In this document: piece after piece, positions 26,533-35,494 of the stretch | Position numbering within the stretch: position 1 is the stretch's first letter | Layout of the letters: every line of letters begins with the position of its first letter | Source: Shuttleworthella sp. | GTDB taxonomy: Bacteria > Bacillota > Clostridia > Lachnospirales > Lachnospiraceae | Length of the DNA: 64,000 bases | NCBI GenBank assembly: GCA_045545575.1 | Contig: JAZQBE010000028.1 | Location: 4,618 to 68,617, forward strand | Direction of reading: 5' to 3' | Translations under genes and position numbers: made by a program | Notes under the pieces: model-generated | Database searches by the model: none | Told to the model about the DNA's origin: nothing | Seen by the model: the letters and a program-made list of their open reading frames with translations, nothing else

Positions 26533-27825
26533 TTACTCCGCCACGCGGATGGTAATGCTCTCCAGACCCTCCTGCGCGAGCAGCTCCGCTTTTTTCAGCA
26601 CGATCTGCTCCATCTCGCCGGGCGCCATGACCGGCCGCGTCTTCCGGCGGATTTCCCGATCATTGCAATACAGAACGATGGCGGCCTTGCGGTACGGCTT
26701 TGCCACGCGGAAGCGGACGACGATTTCGTCGGCCATCGTTCCGGGGTGTACGCACGCCGGCACGGTGTAGCGCACGCCGTCTTCCGCGCGGATCGGGACA
26801 ACGCCCGCTTCGGCCTTTGCGTCCGCCCGGGCGGTTTCTGCCGGGCCGGTCGTTTTTTCCGCCAGGTACGCGGCCGCGTGACGGCCGGCCAGCGCCGCTT
26901 CCTCCGAGACGTAGTCCACCAGATCATGCACGTGCAGCACGTTTCCGCAGGCGAAAACGCCTTCCACGTTCGTCTGCAGCGTATCGTCCACCAGGGGGCC
27001 GCTCGTTACCCGCGACAGGTCCACGCCGGCGCTCTTCGACAGCTCGTTTTCCGGAATCAGTCCGCAGGACAGAAGCAGCGTGTCGCACTCGTAGGTGTGC
27101 TCCGTGCCCGGAATTGGCCGGCGGTTTGCGTCCACCTCGCTGATGGTCACCGCTTCCACGCGCTTGTGGCCGTGGATCTTCGTGACGGTGTGGGACAAAA
27201 GCAGCGGGATGCCGAAATCGTCCAGACACTGGACGATGTTCCGCTTCAGACCGCCGGAGTAGGGCTCCAGCTCCGCGACAGCTTCCACCTTCGCGCCTTC
27301 CAGGGTCATCCGGCGCGCCATGATCAGACCGATGTCGCCGCTGCCCAGGATCACGACATGCTTTCCGGGCATATAGCCTTCCATGTTGACAAGGCGCTGC
27401 GCGGTGCCCGCCGAGAAGATGCCCGCCGGCCGTTCGCCGGGGATGTTTAACGCTCCGCGGGAGCGCTCCCGGCAGCCCATCGCCAGGATCACGGCGCCCG
27501 CCTCGACGGTGAACAGCCCGTCTTCGGTGTTGACCGCCGTCACCTTCCGGTCCGCGGAAACGGACAGCACCATTGTATCCAGTTTAAACGGGATGCCCCG
27601 CTCCTGCACCTGTGCCACGTAGCGGGCCGCGTATTCCGGTCCCGTCAGCTCCTCTCCGAACGTGTGCAGGCCGAACCCGTTGTGAATGCACTGGTTTAAG
27701 ATCCCGCCCAGTTCTTTATCGCGCTCCAGGATCAGGATCTCCTTTACCCCGGCGTCATAGGCCGATGCCGCCGCGGCCAGTCCGGCCGGTCCGCCGCCGA
27801 TCACTACCAGATCACACTTCATCAT
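26533..27825 (-). CDS. NAD(P)/FAD-dependent pyridine nucleotide-disulfide-type oxidoreductase
   Basis: Start at ATGATG (27820-27825) behind GGAGGAAG. Two dinucleotide folds, 'DLVVIGGGPAGLAAA' and 'HVVILGSGDIGLIMA'. ATGA overlap with the upstream gene. Confidence 0.85.
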   Translation of the reverse strand: MMKCDLVVIGGGPAGLAAAASAYDAGVKEILILERDKELGGILNQCIHNGFGLHTFGEELTGPEYAARYVAQVQERGIPFKLDTMVLSVSADRKVTAVNTEDGLFTVEAGAVILAMGCRERSRGALNIPGERPAGIFSAGTAQRLVNMEGYMPGKHVVILGSGDIGLIMARRMTLEGAKVEAVAELEPYSGGLKRNIVQCLDDFGIPLLLSHTVTKIHGHKRVEAVTISEVDANRRPIPGTEHTYECDTLLLSCGLIPENELSKSAGVDLSRVTSGPLVDDTLQTNVEGVFACGNVLHVHDLVDYVSEEAALAGRHAAAYLAEKTTGPAETARADAKAEAGVVPIRAEDGVRYTVPACVHPGTMADEIVVRFRVAKPYRKAAIVLYCNDREIRRKTRPVMAPGEMEQIVLKKAELLAQEGLESITIRVAE

Positions 27826-29312
27826 TTGGCTTCCTCCAGATGCTTGTTTTCGCCAACGATCAGACAAGACGCCCCGCCGCTCTTTGTCACCTCGCGCGGA
27901 TCGAGTCCGAGTTCCCGCTCCAGGATCTCCATGACGCGCGGCGAGCAGAATCCCGCCTGGCACCGGCCCATGCCGGCGCGGGTGCGGCGCTTGACGCCGT
28001 CTAAGGACCGGGCTCCCGGGACGCGGTGAACGGCCTCGACGATCTCGCCCTCCGAAACGGTCTCGCAGCGGCAGATGATGCGTCCGAAGGCCGGATGTGC
28101 TTTGATCAGCGCCGCATGCTCTTCCTCTGTCATCGAAAGCGGTGCCGGCATGCCCTCGCGCGTCGGAATGAAGTCCTCCTTCGCGGCCAGATCCATGCGC
28201 TCCGCGACAAGACGCGCCAGTACGTCGCCGATCGCCGGCGCGCTTGACAGGCCCGGCGACTCGATGCCGGCCGCCTCAAAGCACAGCGGCGCGCCCGGCA
28301 CTTCGCCGATCACGAAATCGCCGCCGGCTTCATGGGCGCGCAGTCCGGCGAAGGACGTGATCGTCTGGTTGAAGGGAATGTCCTTCACGCCCTGGGCGGC
28401 CATCGCCCGAAGCGACGCAAGCCCTTCGGCCGTCGTCTCGGTTCCGTCCTTGTTTTCCGTATCCGCGGCCGTCGGTCCCACCAGCAGATTCCCGTGCACC
28501 GTCGGCGTCACAAGAACGCCCTTGCCCATCGGTCCCGGCAGCTGGAAGACGGTATGGGACACATGCTTCCCGGCCGCCTTGTCGAGCAGCTGGTATTCGC
28601 CGCGGCGGGCGGTAATGGACAGCTTCTGTTCGCAGACCGCGTTGTGCAGTACGTCGGCATACACGCCGGCCGCGATCACCACGGCGCGCACGGTAAAGGT
28701 GTCGGCGCCGGCGGCAATCTCATAACCGTCCTCCGCCCCCCGGGGCCGGATCTGTGTCACAGGACGGTCAAAGAAAAATTCCACGCCGTTGGCCGCCGCG
28801 TTCTCCGCATAGCCAAATGTCATATGGAAGGGGCAGACAATGCCGCCCGTCGGCGCGTACAGTGCGCAGGTGACGTCGTCTGCCAGGTTCGGCTCCATCC
28901 GGATCAGCTCGTCCCGTTCGAGGATCCGCAGCCCCGGCACGCCGTTGGCTGCGCCCTGTGCGAGCAGCTCGTCGAGTTTTCCGCGGTCCTGGTCCTTTGT
29001 GCAGACGACCAGCGACCCGTTGCGGACGAAGGGAATGGCAAGATCCCCGGCAATCCGGTCCATCATCGCATTGCCAAGCACGTTGAAATACGCCTTGTGG
29101 CTGCCCGGCTGTGCGTCAAAACCGGCATGGATGATTGCGGAATTTGCCTTCGTCGTACCGCAGCAGACGTCCTCCTCCCGCTCGATGACACACACCGAAG
29201 CCTGATACCGGGAAAGCTCCCGCGCAACGGCGCAGCCGATGACACCGGCGCCGATCACTGCGATGTCAAAGCAGCGGCTTTCTCCCCCTTTGTTCTGTTC
29301 CTCTCGGACCAT
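27822..29312 (-). CDS. FAD-dependent oxidoreductase, glycerol-3-phosphate dehydrogenase/oxidase (GlpA/GlpD)-like, with a BFD-like [2Fe-2S] segment
   Basis: 'DIAVIGAGVIGCAVA' and C-terminal 'ICRCETVSEGEIVEAV...CQAGFC'. RBS AGGAGGAAGG. Confidence 0.8.
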   Translation of the reverse strand: MVREEQNKGGESRCFDIAVIGAGVIGCAVARELSRYQASVCVIEREEDVCCGTTKANSAIIHAGFDAQPGSHKAYFNVLGNAMMDRIAGDLAIPFVRNGSLVVCTKDQDRGKLDELLAQGAANGVPGLRILERDELIRMEPNLADDVTCALYAPTGGIVCPFHMTFGYAENAAANGVEFFFDRPVTQIRPRGAEDGYEIAAGADTFTVRAVVIAAGVYADVLHNAVCEQKLSITARRGEYQLLDKAAGKHVSHTVFQLPGPMGKGVLVTPTVHGNLLVGPTAADTENKDGTETTAEGLASLRAMAAQGVKDIPFNQTITSFAGLRAHEAGGDFVIGEVPGAPLCFEAAGIESPGLSSAPAIGDVLARLVAERMDLAAKEDFIPTREGMPAPLSMTEEEHAALIKAHPAFGRIICRCETVSEGEIVEAVHRVPGARSLDGVKRRTRAGMGRCQAGFCSPRVMEILERELGLDPREVTKSGGASCLIVGENKHLEEAK

Positions 29313-29422
29313 AACGTCCTTCCTCCTGTTTCTGATCAGTGAAATGTGTCGGTTTCCCGCTGTCTACGACCTTAGCACTGTGTGAAAAAAAAAGCAATGC
29401 AGTGCGGTAAAGCGTTCCGAAC

Positions 29423-29453
29423 AAAAAAACAGCCGCAGGTTTCCCTGCGGCTG
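29423..29453 (-). terminator. Terminator after the secreted-protein gene
   Basis: Reverse strand: CAGCCGCAGG-GAAA-CCTGCGGCTG followed by TTTTTTT. Confidence 0.7.
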
Positions 29454-29470
29454 CTTTCGTTATTCATGTA

Positions 29471-30121
29471 TTACCAGGTTACGGCAATGTCGAGCTGATA
29501 CGGGTTGCTGTAGGCGAAGGTACCGGTGTCACACACCAGGCCGGTGCCTAAGCTGCACTCGACGAGGCTGCCGCGCGGGCGGATGTTCAGCGCTGCCGCG
29601 ACCATGACGTACGGTCCAAGCATCTTTACGCCGTCATCACGCACCCAGTAGGGATACTCGGCTTCGGAGAATCCGATGCTGCGCATGATTCTGACCACGC
29701 CGTTCATGTTGAGATTGTAATAGGTTTCCTTTCCGCTCGGTCCCTGGAACACGCCGGCTCTCTTTGTCAGATGGGGACCATCCCGGCGGGTGGAGTTTAC
29801 GAAAGCGATGTAGGCTTCAAATTCCTGACGGGCCTTCTCTTCCGCGGCGATGCGGGCTTCTTCTTCCGCACGGGCGGCTTCTTCCGCGGCCTTCGCGGCG
29901 GCTTCCGCTTCCAGGATGCCCTGCATGCACTCTTCCACGGTGGGGAAGTTGTGCGCGCGCATGTTCTGCATCTTCTTTAAATGTTCTGCCTGCGAGGAAG
30001 CAACGGCTTTGTCTGCAGCCTGAACCGCATCCGCAGCGCCGAGGCCCATCGACGGAGCACCCATGACGCACAGAACGGCTGCCATCGCAGCGGCAATGAT
30101 TTTCTTCGTTGTTTTATGCAT
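29471..30121 (-). CDS. Secreted protein with an Ala/Glu-rich helical linker and a conserved C-terminal domain of uncertain family (possibly cell-wall active)
   Basis: ATG at 30121 behind GAAAGGAAGG. Signal peptide 'KKIIAAAMAAVLCVMGAPSMGLGA'. The C-terminal domain reads 'GPSGKETYYNLNMNGVV...GLVCDTGTF...LDIAVTW'. Confidence 0.6.
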   Translation of the reverse strand: MHKTTKKIIAAAMAAVLCVMGAPSMGLGAADAVQAADKAVASSQAEHLKKMQNMRAHNFPTVEECMQGILEAEAAAKAAEEAARAEEEARIAAEEKARQEFEAYIAFVNSTRRDGPHLTKRAGVFQGPSGKETYYNLNMNGVVRIMRSIGFSEAEYPYWVRDDGVKMLGPYVMVAAALNIRPRGSLVECSLGTGLVCDTGTFAYSNPYQLDIAVTW

Positions 30122-30231
30122 GTTACAAAACCTTCCTTTCCCAGACACATTCAGGCCGTTCTTCATCATTTTGAAACAGATTACACCGTCAAGCCGATGT
30201 AAATGCAGGCCTGTTTCTGTCTGCGAACGGA

Positions 30232-30287
30232 ATTGTAACATGTATGTAACATTTGCGCAACCCCTTTTCTTTGTGCAATTTGCACAA
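30232..30287 (-). promoter_or_regulatory. Putative promoter preceded by a perfect 8+8 palindrome
   Basis: Reverse strand: TTGCGC (30255-30260), a 17-nt spacer and TACAAT (30232-30237). The palindrome TTGTGCAA-T-TTGCACAA lies at 30271-30287. Confidence 0.35.
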
Positions 30288-30422
30288 AAATGAGGTTTTC
30301 AAAAGCCCAAAAAACAAGATCTGGTAGTGCAGATCTCAGCATTTTAGCCGGATACACCATAAATTGTGGCAATGTTTTTTTGAAAAAATGTCGCAACACT
30401 CTTTGAAATAGTTTTGAAACAT

Positions 30423-30461
30423 AAAAAAACCGGATCCGGGAGTGCTTTCTCCCGGATCCGG
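30423..30461 (-). terminator. Terminator after dfx
   Basis: Reverse strand: CCGGATCCGGGA..TCCCGGATCCGG (12-bp stem) followed by TTTTTTT. Confidence 0.75.
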
Positions 30462-30489
30462 CCGGTTTTCGAGCCGTTTTCCGCCGGCC

Positions 30490-30864
30490 TTACGCTTCTT
30501 TTTTCCAGAGGCCGTGAAGGTTGCAGTACGCATAGGCCGCGACGACTTCGTCGCCGGGCACCAGGGCAAAGACCGCCTTCGGCTCGGCCCCCGGCACCAG
30601 CGCCTTACGCTGATTGCCGCTCTTCGTCTCGAGGGCGATCCACTCGATGTAATGCTCCTCGAGCATCGGGTGCGCCACGTCGCCGACACAGACCGTGACC
30701 AGATTGCCGTCACAGGCGATGACGGGCACGTGCTTCTCCACCGCGGCATCCGTGGTGTTGGCCACAAGCTCCACCATCGACTCGCCGCAGCACTTGGTCG
30801 GGCAGGCGGAATCCTGGATCACGCCGACGATCTTTCCGCACATTTTACACTGATAGAATTTCAT
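30490..30864 (-). CDS. dfx: Desulfoferrodoxin (2Fe superoxide reductase)
   Basis: N-terminal desulforedoxin Cys4 'CKMCGKIV...CPTKCCG' and a SOR centre 'EKHVPV', 'HPMLEEHYIEWI', 'CNLHGLW'. Confidence 0.9.
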   Translation of the reverse strand: MKFYQCKMCGKIVGVIQDSACPTKCCGESMVELVANTTDAAVEKHVPVIACDGNLVTVCVGDVAHPMLEEHYIEWIALETKSGNQRKALVPGAEPKAVFALVPGDEVVAAYAYCNLHGLWKKEA

Positions 30865-30894
30865 GGGTCTCTCCTCCTTTACTGAACTCGTTTT

Positions 30895-32367
30895 CTATTC
30901 CTTGCAGGCCTTTTTCATGGCGGCGATGACAATCTTCAGCGCCTTGATCCGGGCATACTTCTTGTCGTTGGATTCCAGAACGTGCCACGGCGCATAGGTC
31001 GTGCTTGTCTTCTGGATCATCTCGTCGATCGCGGTCTCGTACTGGTCCCATTTCTCGCGGTTGCGCCAGTCTTCGTCCGTGATCTTCCACTGCTTCTCCG
31101 GGGTGTTCTGACGGTCCGTAAAGCGCGCCAGCTGCGTCTCGCTGTCGATCTGCACCCAGAACTTGATGATGACCGCGCCCCATTCCGCGAGTTCTTTTTC
31201 GAACTCGTTAATTTCATTGTAGGCGCGCTGCCAGTCGTTCTCGCTGCAGAAGCCCTCCAGCCGCTCCACCATCACACGGCCGTACCAGGTGCGGTCGAAG
31301 ATCGCGATGTGGCCGGTCTTCGGCAGACGGTTCCAGAACCGCCACAGGTAATGACGGGCCTTCTCGTGGGGCTCGGGACTCGCGATGGGATGCACGGTGT
31401 AGCCGCGGGGATCGAGGGCTCCGGTAATCCGTTTGATGTTGCCGCCCTTGCCGGCCGCGTCCCAGCCCTCGTAGGCGATGATCACCGGGATCTTCTTGCG
31501 GTACAGCTTGTAGTGCAGCTGTCCGAGCTCGTCCTGCAGGCGGTCCAGTTCGTCCTTGTATTCCTCGTCCGGAACGGTCTTGTCCAGCGGGATGTCCGCC
31601 AGCTTCGGCACCTTCTCGAGGGGGAAGGTGTTCTGCAGAATCGGCACCGCCAGCGACTGATTCATCAGCGCCGTGCAGATGCCCTGGTTCAGGAACTGCA
31701 GCACCTGAAGCTCCGCCCATTTTTTGTTCTTCGCGTCGATGATGTACCACGGCGCCTGGGACCGGTTCGTGTCCGACAGGTAGCGGTCGTAGACCTTCAG
31801 GTATTCGTCGTAATGCTTGTTCTCTTTGCGGTCGCCCTCGCTGACCCGCCAGGCCGTGTTCTTGTCCGCAGCCAGCGCGTCAAGGCGGCGCTTCTGCTCC
31901 TTCTTTCCGATATGGAAGAAGAATTTCATCACCAGATAGCCGTTGTCCGTCAGCTGACGCTCGGTCATGTTGACGCTGGCGATCCGCTCGACGTACTCCT
32001 TTTCGGAAAGGGTGCCGTCAATCACGCCATAGGTGATCTCCTCCATCCAGTAGGAGTCAAAGAACTCGAACTTCCCGGCCTCCGGGATGTCGAGCATGTA
32101 GCGGTACAGGAACGGATAGCGCTTTTCCTCCTCCGTCGGCTGCGCCATGGTTTTGACCTTGAAGAAGCGCGGGTCGATGTTTTTGATGACCTTGCCGATG
32201 ATGCTGCCCTTGCCGGCCGCACCCCAGCCTTCGAAGATAACCATGACCGGAAGCTTCGCTTCCTTGATCTTCATCTGATAGCCGCCCAGGGTTTCCTGTG
32301 CCTTCTTCAGTTCGGCCCGGAGCACTTCATCCTCCGGCGGAACCGCCTTCACAAAATCCTTTAACAT
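30895..32367 (-). CDS. ppk2: Two-domain polyphosphate kinase 2 family protein (polyphosphate:AMP phosphotransferase-like)
   Basis: Two PPK2 P-loop modules, 'VMVIFEGWGAAGKGS' and 'VIIAYEGWDAAGKGG'. Length is 490 aa. Confidence 0.85.
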   Translation of the reverse strand: MLKDFVKAVPPEDEVLRAELKKAQETLGGYQMKIKEAKLPVMVIFEGWGAAGKGSIIGKVIKNIDPRFFKVKTMAQPTEEEKRYPFLYRYMLDIPEAGKFEFFDSYWMEEITYGVIDGTLSEKEYVERIASVNMTERQLTDNGYLVMKFFFHIGKKEQKRRLDALAADKNTAWRVSEGDRKENKHYDEYLKVYDRYLSDTNRSQAPWYIIDAKNKKWAELQVLQFLNQGICTALMNQSLAVPILQNTFPLEKVPKLADIPLDKTVPDEEYKDELDRLQDELGQLHYKLYRKKIPVIIAYEGWDAAGKGGNIKRITGALDPRGYTVHPIASPEPHEKARHYLWRFWNRLPKTGHIAIFDRTWYGRVMVERLEGFCSENDWQRAYNEINEFEKELAEWGAVIIKFWVQIDSETQLARFTDRQNTPEKQWKITDEDWRNREKWDQYETAIDEMIQKTSTTYAPWHVLESNDKKYARIKALKIVIAAMKKACKE

Positions 32368-32418
32368 ATTTCCCCCCTTTTACCCCCGTTTTGTCCCGCG
32401 GGCAGCCGCGCGGCGCCC

Positions 32419-33066
32419 TTACGGAAGAACGTTTAAAAGATCCGCAAAGGATGTCAGGTCGTAATCCTCCAGTCCGCAGTCCTTCGCGTCGCCAAACAGC
32501 GCCAGTGCGGTCATGCCGCCGGCCTTCGCGGCCTCGATGCCGGATTTCGCGTCCTCCACCACGGCGCAGTCCGCCGGATCCATGCCCAGCTTCTTCGCGG
32601 CGGTCAGGAAGACCTCCGGATCGGGCTTGGAATGCGTGATGTCCGTGCCGTCCGCGATCGCGTCGAAAAAGCCCTCCAGACCGATCCGACGCAGGATGAA
32701 CTTCGTGTTCTTGCTCGAGGAACCGATCGCCAGCTGATAGCCGCGGGCACGCAGCTCGTCGAGGGTCTGTTTCACCTCGTCGGAAAGATCCGCCGTGCTC
32801 ATCGTCGCCAGCAGGTCGCGGTAGGTGTTGTTCTTCTCTTCCGCGAACGCTTCCTTTTCGGCGTCGGTGTAGGCTTTATCGGCGCGCTCCAGGATGATCT
32901 CCAGGCTCGCCATCCGCGACACACCGCGCAGGCGGTTGTTGATCTCTTCGTCGAAATAGATCCCCAGACGGTCCGCCAGCTGCTTCCAGGCCTGATAGTG
33001 GAACTTGTCCGTGAAGCAGATCACACCGTCCAGGTCAAAGATCACTGCTTTCTTCTGAAACTGCAT
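32419..33066 (-). CDS. pgmB: Beta-phosphoglucomutase (HAD superfamily)
   Basis: 'VIFDLDGVICFTDKFHYQAWKQLA', 'GSSSKN' and 'VEDAKSGIEAAKAGGM'. Confidence 0.8.
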   Translation of the reverse strand: MQFQKKAVIFDLDGVICFTDKFHYQAWKQLADRLGIYFDEEINNRLRGVSRMASLEIILERADKAYTDAEKEAFAEEKNNTYRDLLATMSTADLSDEVKQTLDELRARGYQLAIGSSSKNTKFILRRIGLEGFFDAIADGTDITHSKPDPEVFLTAAKKLGMDPADCAVVEDAKSGIEAAKAGGMTALALFGDAKDCGLEDYDLTSFADLLNVLP

Positions 33067-33091
33067 ATGTGCACCCCCCCTGTTTCCTTTT

Positions 33092-33784
33092 TTACTGACC
33101 GTAATACGCGTTCGCGCCGTGCTTGCGGAAGAAATGCTTGTCGCGGTAGCAGTCCGGAGCGTGCGTGATGCGCGGATTGATCATCTCGGTGCGGGTGGCC
33201 ATTTTAGCGACCTCTTCCAGAACGACAGCGTGATACACGGCCTGCGCCGCGTCCTTGCCCCAGGCAAAGGGGCCGTGGCTTGCGCAGAGCACACCCGGCG
33301 TATAGACCGGATTGATCCCCCGCTTCGCGAAGGTCTCGATGATGCTTAAGCCGGTGTTCTTCTCATAGGCTTCGTCGATCTCCTCCGGCGTCAGATGGCG
33401 CGCGCAGGGAATCGGGCCGTAGAAATAGTCCGCGTGGGTCGTGCCGTACAGCGGAATATCACGGCCGGCCTGGGCCCAGGGCGTCGCCTCGGGCGAATGG
33501 GTGTGGACGATTCCGCCGATTTCCGGCCAGGCTTTGTACAGCTCCAGATGCGTCGCCGTATCCGAGGAGGGTTTGTACTTGCCTTCCACCCGGTTGCCTT
33601 CCAGGTCGATCACGACCATGTCGTCCGGCGTCAGCTCGTCGTATTCCACGCCGCTCGGCTTGATGACGAACAGACCCGCTTCGCGGTCGATGGCGGAGAC
33701 GTTGCCCCAGGTGTAGGTCACCAGACCCCGGCGGGGCAGCTCCATGTTCGCTTCGTATACCTTTAATTTCAGTTCCTCAAGCAT
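33092..33784 (-). CDS. araD: L-ribulose-5-phosphate 4-epimerase
   Basis: 230 aa class II aldolase fold: '[15 protein letters not shown]', 'IKPSGV' and '[11 protein letters not shown]'. Confidence 0.88.
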   Translation of the reverse strand: MLEELKLKVYEANMELPRRGLVTYTWGNVSAIDREAGLFVIKPSGVEYDELTPDDMVVIDLEGNRVEGKYKPSSDTATHLELYKAWPEIGGIVHTHSPEATPWAQAGRDIPLYGTTHADYFYGPIPCARHLTPEEIDEAYEKNTGLSIIETFAKRGINPVYTPGVLCASHGPFAWGKDAAQAVYHAVVLEEVAKMATRTEMINPRITHAPDCYRDKHFFRKHGANAYYGQ

Positions 33785-33795
33785 GATATTCTCCT

Positions 33796-35388
33796 TTACG
33801 CAAGCGCTTCCACGGCCGCCTTCTGCGCGGCAAGCGCAGCCACGTAGCCTTCCATGTACTTATCGAATCCGGCGACGTCTTCGGGATCCGGCGCGAGGGT
33901 CTCCGCTTCCATGCCCGCGAAGACACAGCCGTTCAGGTAGTCCGGAAGCGTCTGGCCGGCCGCCTTCTGCACCAGATAGGCCGCCAGCACGGCGATGCCC
34001 CAGGCGCCGCCTTCACCGGCAGTCTCCATCAGAGACACCGGCGCGTTCATCGCGGCGGCCATGTAGCGCTGGCCCACGCCCTTCGTCTTGAACAGGCCGC
34101 CGTGGCCGTACATCTTCTCCAGCGGAACCTGCTCTTCCTTCAGCAGGATGTCCAGGCCCACCTTTAATGTGGCCATGGAGGAATACAGATTGCTGCGCAT
34201 GAAGTTCGCCAGCGTAAAGGCGCTGTCGGGCATGCGGATCTGCATCGGCCGGCCCTCCATCAGACCCGTCACCGGCTCGCCGGAGTAATAGTTGTAGCTC
34301 ACGAGACCGCTGCAGTCCGGATCACCCTCCAGGGACAGCCGGTACAGCGTGCCGTACAGCGTGTTCATATCCATCTCGATGCCGGCCGCCTCGTTGTACT
34401 CGGCGAACAGACGCACCCAGGCGTTCAGGTCCGACGTGCAGTTGTTGCAGTGGACCATGGCCACCGGCTTGCCGTCGGGTGTCGTGACCATGTCGAGCTC
34501 CTCGTGGACGTTCGGCAGGTCCTTCTCCATGACCACCATCGCAAAAATCGACGTGCCGGCCGAAACGTTGCCGGTGCGCACGCCCACGCTGTTCGTGGCG
34601 GTCATGCCCGTGCCCGCGTCGCCTTCCGGCGGACACAGCGGAATGCCGGCGCACAGATTGCCGGCCGGATCGAGGAACTTCGCGCCCTCTTCCGTCAGCA
34701 CGCCGGCGGCCTCGCCCGCGGAAAGCACCTTCGGCAGAATGCCGGACAGCGTCCAGGCAAAGCCCTTGTCCGCGACCAGCTCGTCAAACTTCGCGAGCAT
34801 GGCCCGGTTGTAATCGCCGGTCTCGGCGTCGATCGGGAACATGCCGGAGGCGTCGCCCACGCCGAGCACCTTCTCGCCCGTCAGCTTCCAGTGGATGTAG
34901 CCGGCCAGCGTCGTGAAGAAGCGGATCTCGGGCACGTGGGGCTCTTTGTTCAGGATCGCCTGATACAGGTGCGCGATGCTCCAGCGCTGCGGAATGTTGA
35001 AATGAAACGCTTCCGTCAGCTGCGCGGCGGCTTCGCCGGTGATGGTGTTGCGCCAGGTGCGGAACGGAACGAGCAGCTCGTCCTGTCCGTTAAACGCCAG
35101 ATATCCGTGCATCATGGCAGAAAAGCCCATGGCCGCGTAGGACGTCGGCGTGACGCCGTACTGCTTCTGCACGTCTTTGACCATGTCGGCATAGCAGTCC
35201 TGCAGGCCGGTGTGGATATCCTCCAGCGTGTAGGTCCAGATTTTGTTGTCGTACCGGTTCTCCCACTCGTGGCTGCCCTGCGCGATCGGTGTGTGGTGCT
35301 CGTCGATCAGCACGGCCTTGATCCGTGTCGAACCGAACTCGATGCCCAGTACTGCCTTGCCGGCTTCAATACACTCTTTTGCGCCCAT
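33796..35388 (-). CDS. FGGY-family carbohydrate kinase (ribulokinase-like, by context with araD)
   Basis: '[15 protein letters not shown]', '[10 protein letters not shown]' and 'GGLFK'. It lies 11 nt upstream of araD. Confidence 0.8.
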   Translation of the reverse strand: MGAKECIEAGKAVLGIEFGSTRIKAVLIDEHHTPIAQGSHEWENRYDNKIWTYTLEDIHTGLQDCYADMVKDVQKQYGVTPTSYAAMGFSAMMHGYLAFNGQDELLVPFRTWRNTITGEAAAQLTEAFHFNIPQRWSIAHLYQAILNKEPHVPEIRFFTTLAGYIHWKLTGEKVLGVGDASGMFPIDAETGDYNRAMLAKFDELVADKGFAWTLSGILPKVLSAGEAAGVLTEEGAKFLDPAGNLCAGIPLCPPEGDAGTGMTATNSVGVRTGNVSAGTSIFAMVVMEKDLPNVHEELDMVTTPDGKPVAMVHCNNCTSDLNAWVRLFAEYNEAAGIEMDMNTLYGTLYRLSLEGDPDCSGLVSYNYYSGEPVTGLMEGRPMQIRMPDSAFTLANFMRSNLYSSMATLKVGLDILLKEEQVPLEKMYGHGGLFKTKGVGQRYMAAAMNAPVSLMETAGEGGAWGIAVLAAYLVQKAAGQTLPDYLNGCVFAGMEAETLAPDPEDVAGFDKYMEGYVAALAAQKAAVEALA

Positions 35389-35494
35389 GATTCACCCCTT
35401 CTTTCTACGATGGACAGGTATATAGTTCAGTATACCGCAAACGACCCGGCCCATTCAATGGGCCGGGCCGAAAAATGATTGCAGTCAGACAGTT

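Noticed and set aside
30271-30287. Calling the TTGTGCAATTTGCACAA palindrome a Rex or CRP/FNR box.
   Set aside because: The half-sites are similar, but the overall length and spacing (17 nt) match neither the Rex 18-mer nor the CRP 16-mer arrangement. It is reported only as an unassigned palindrome.
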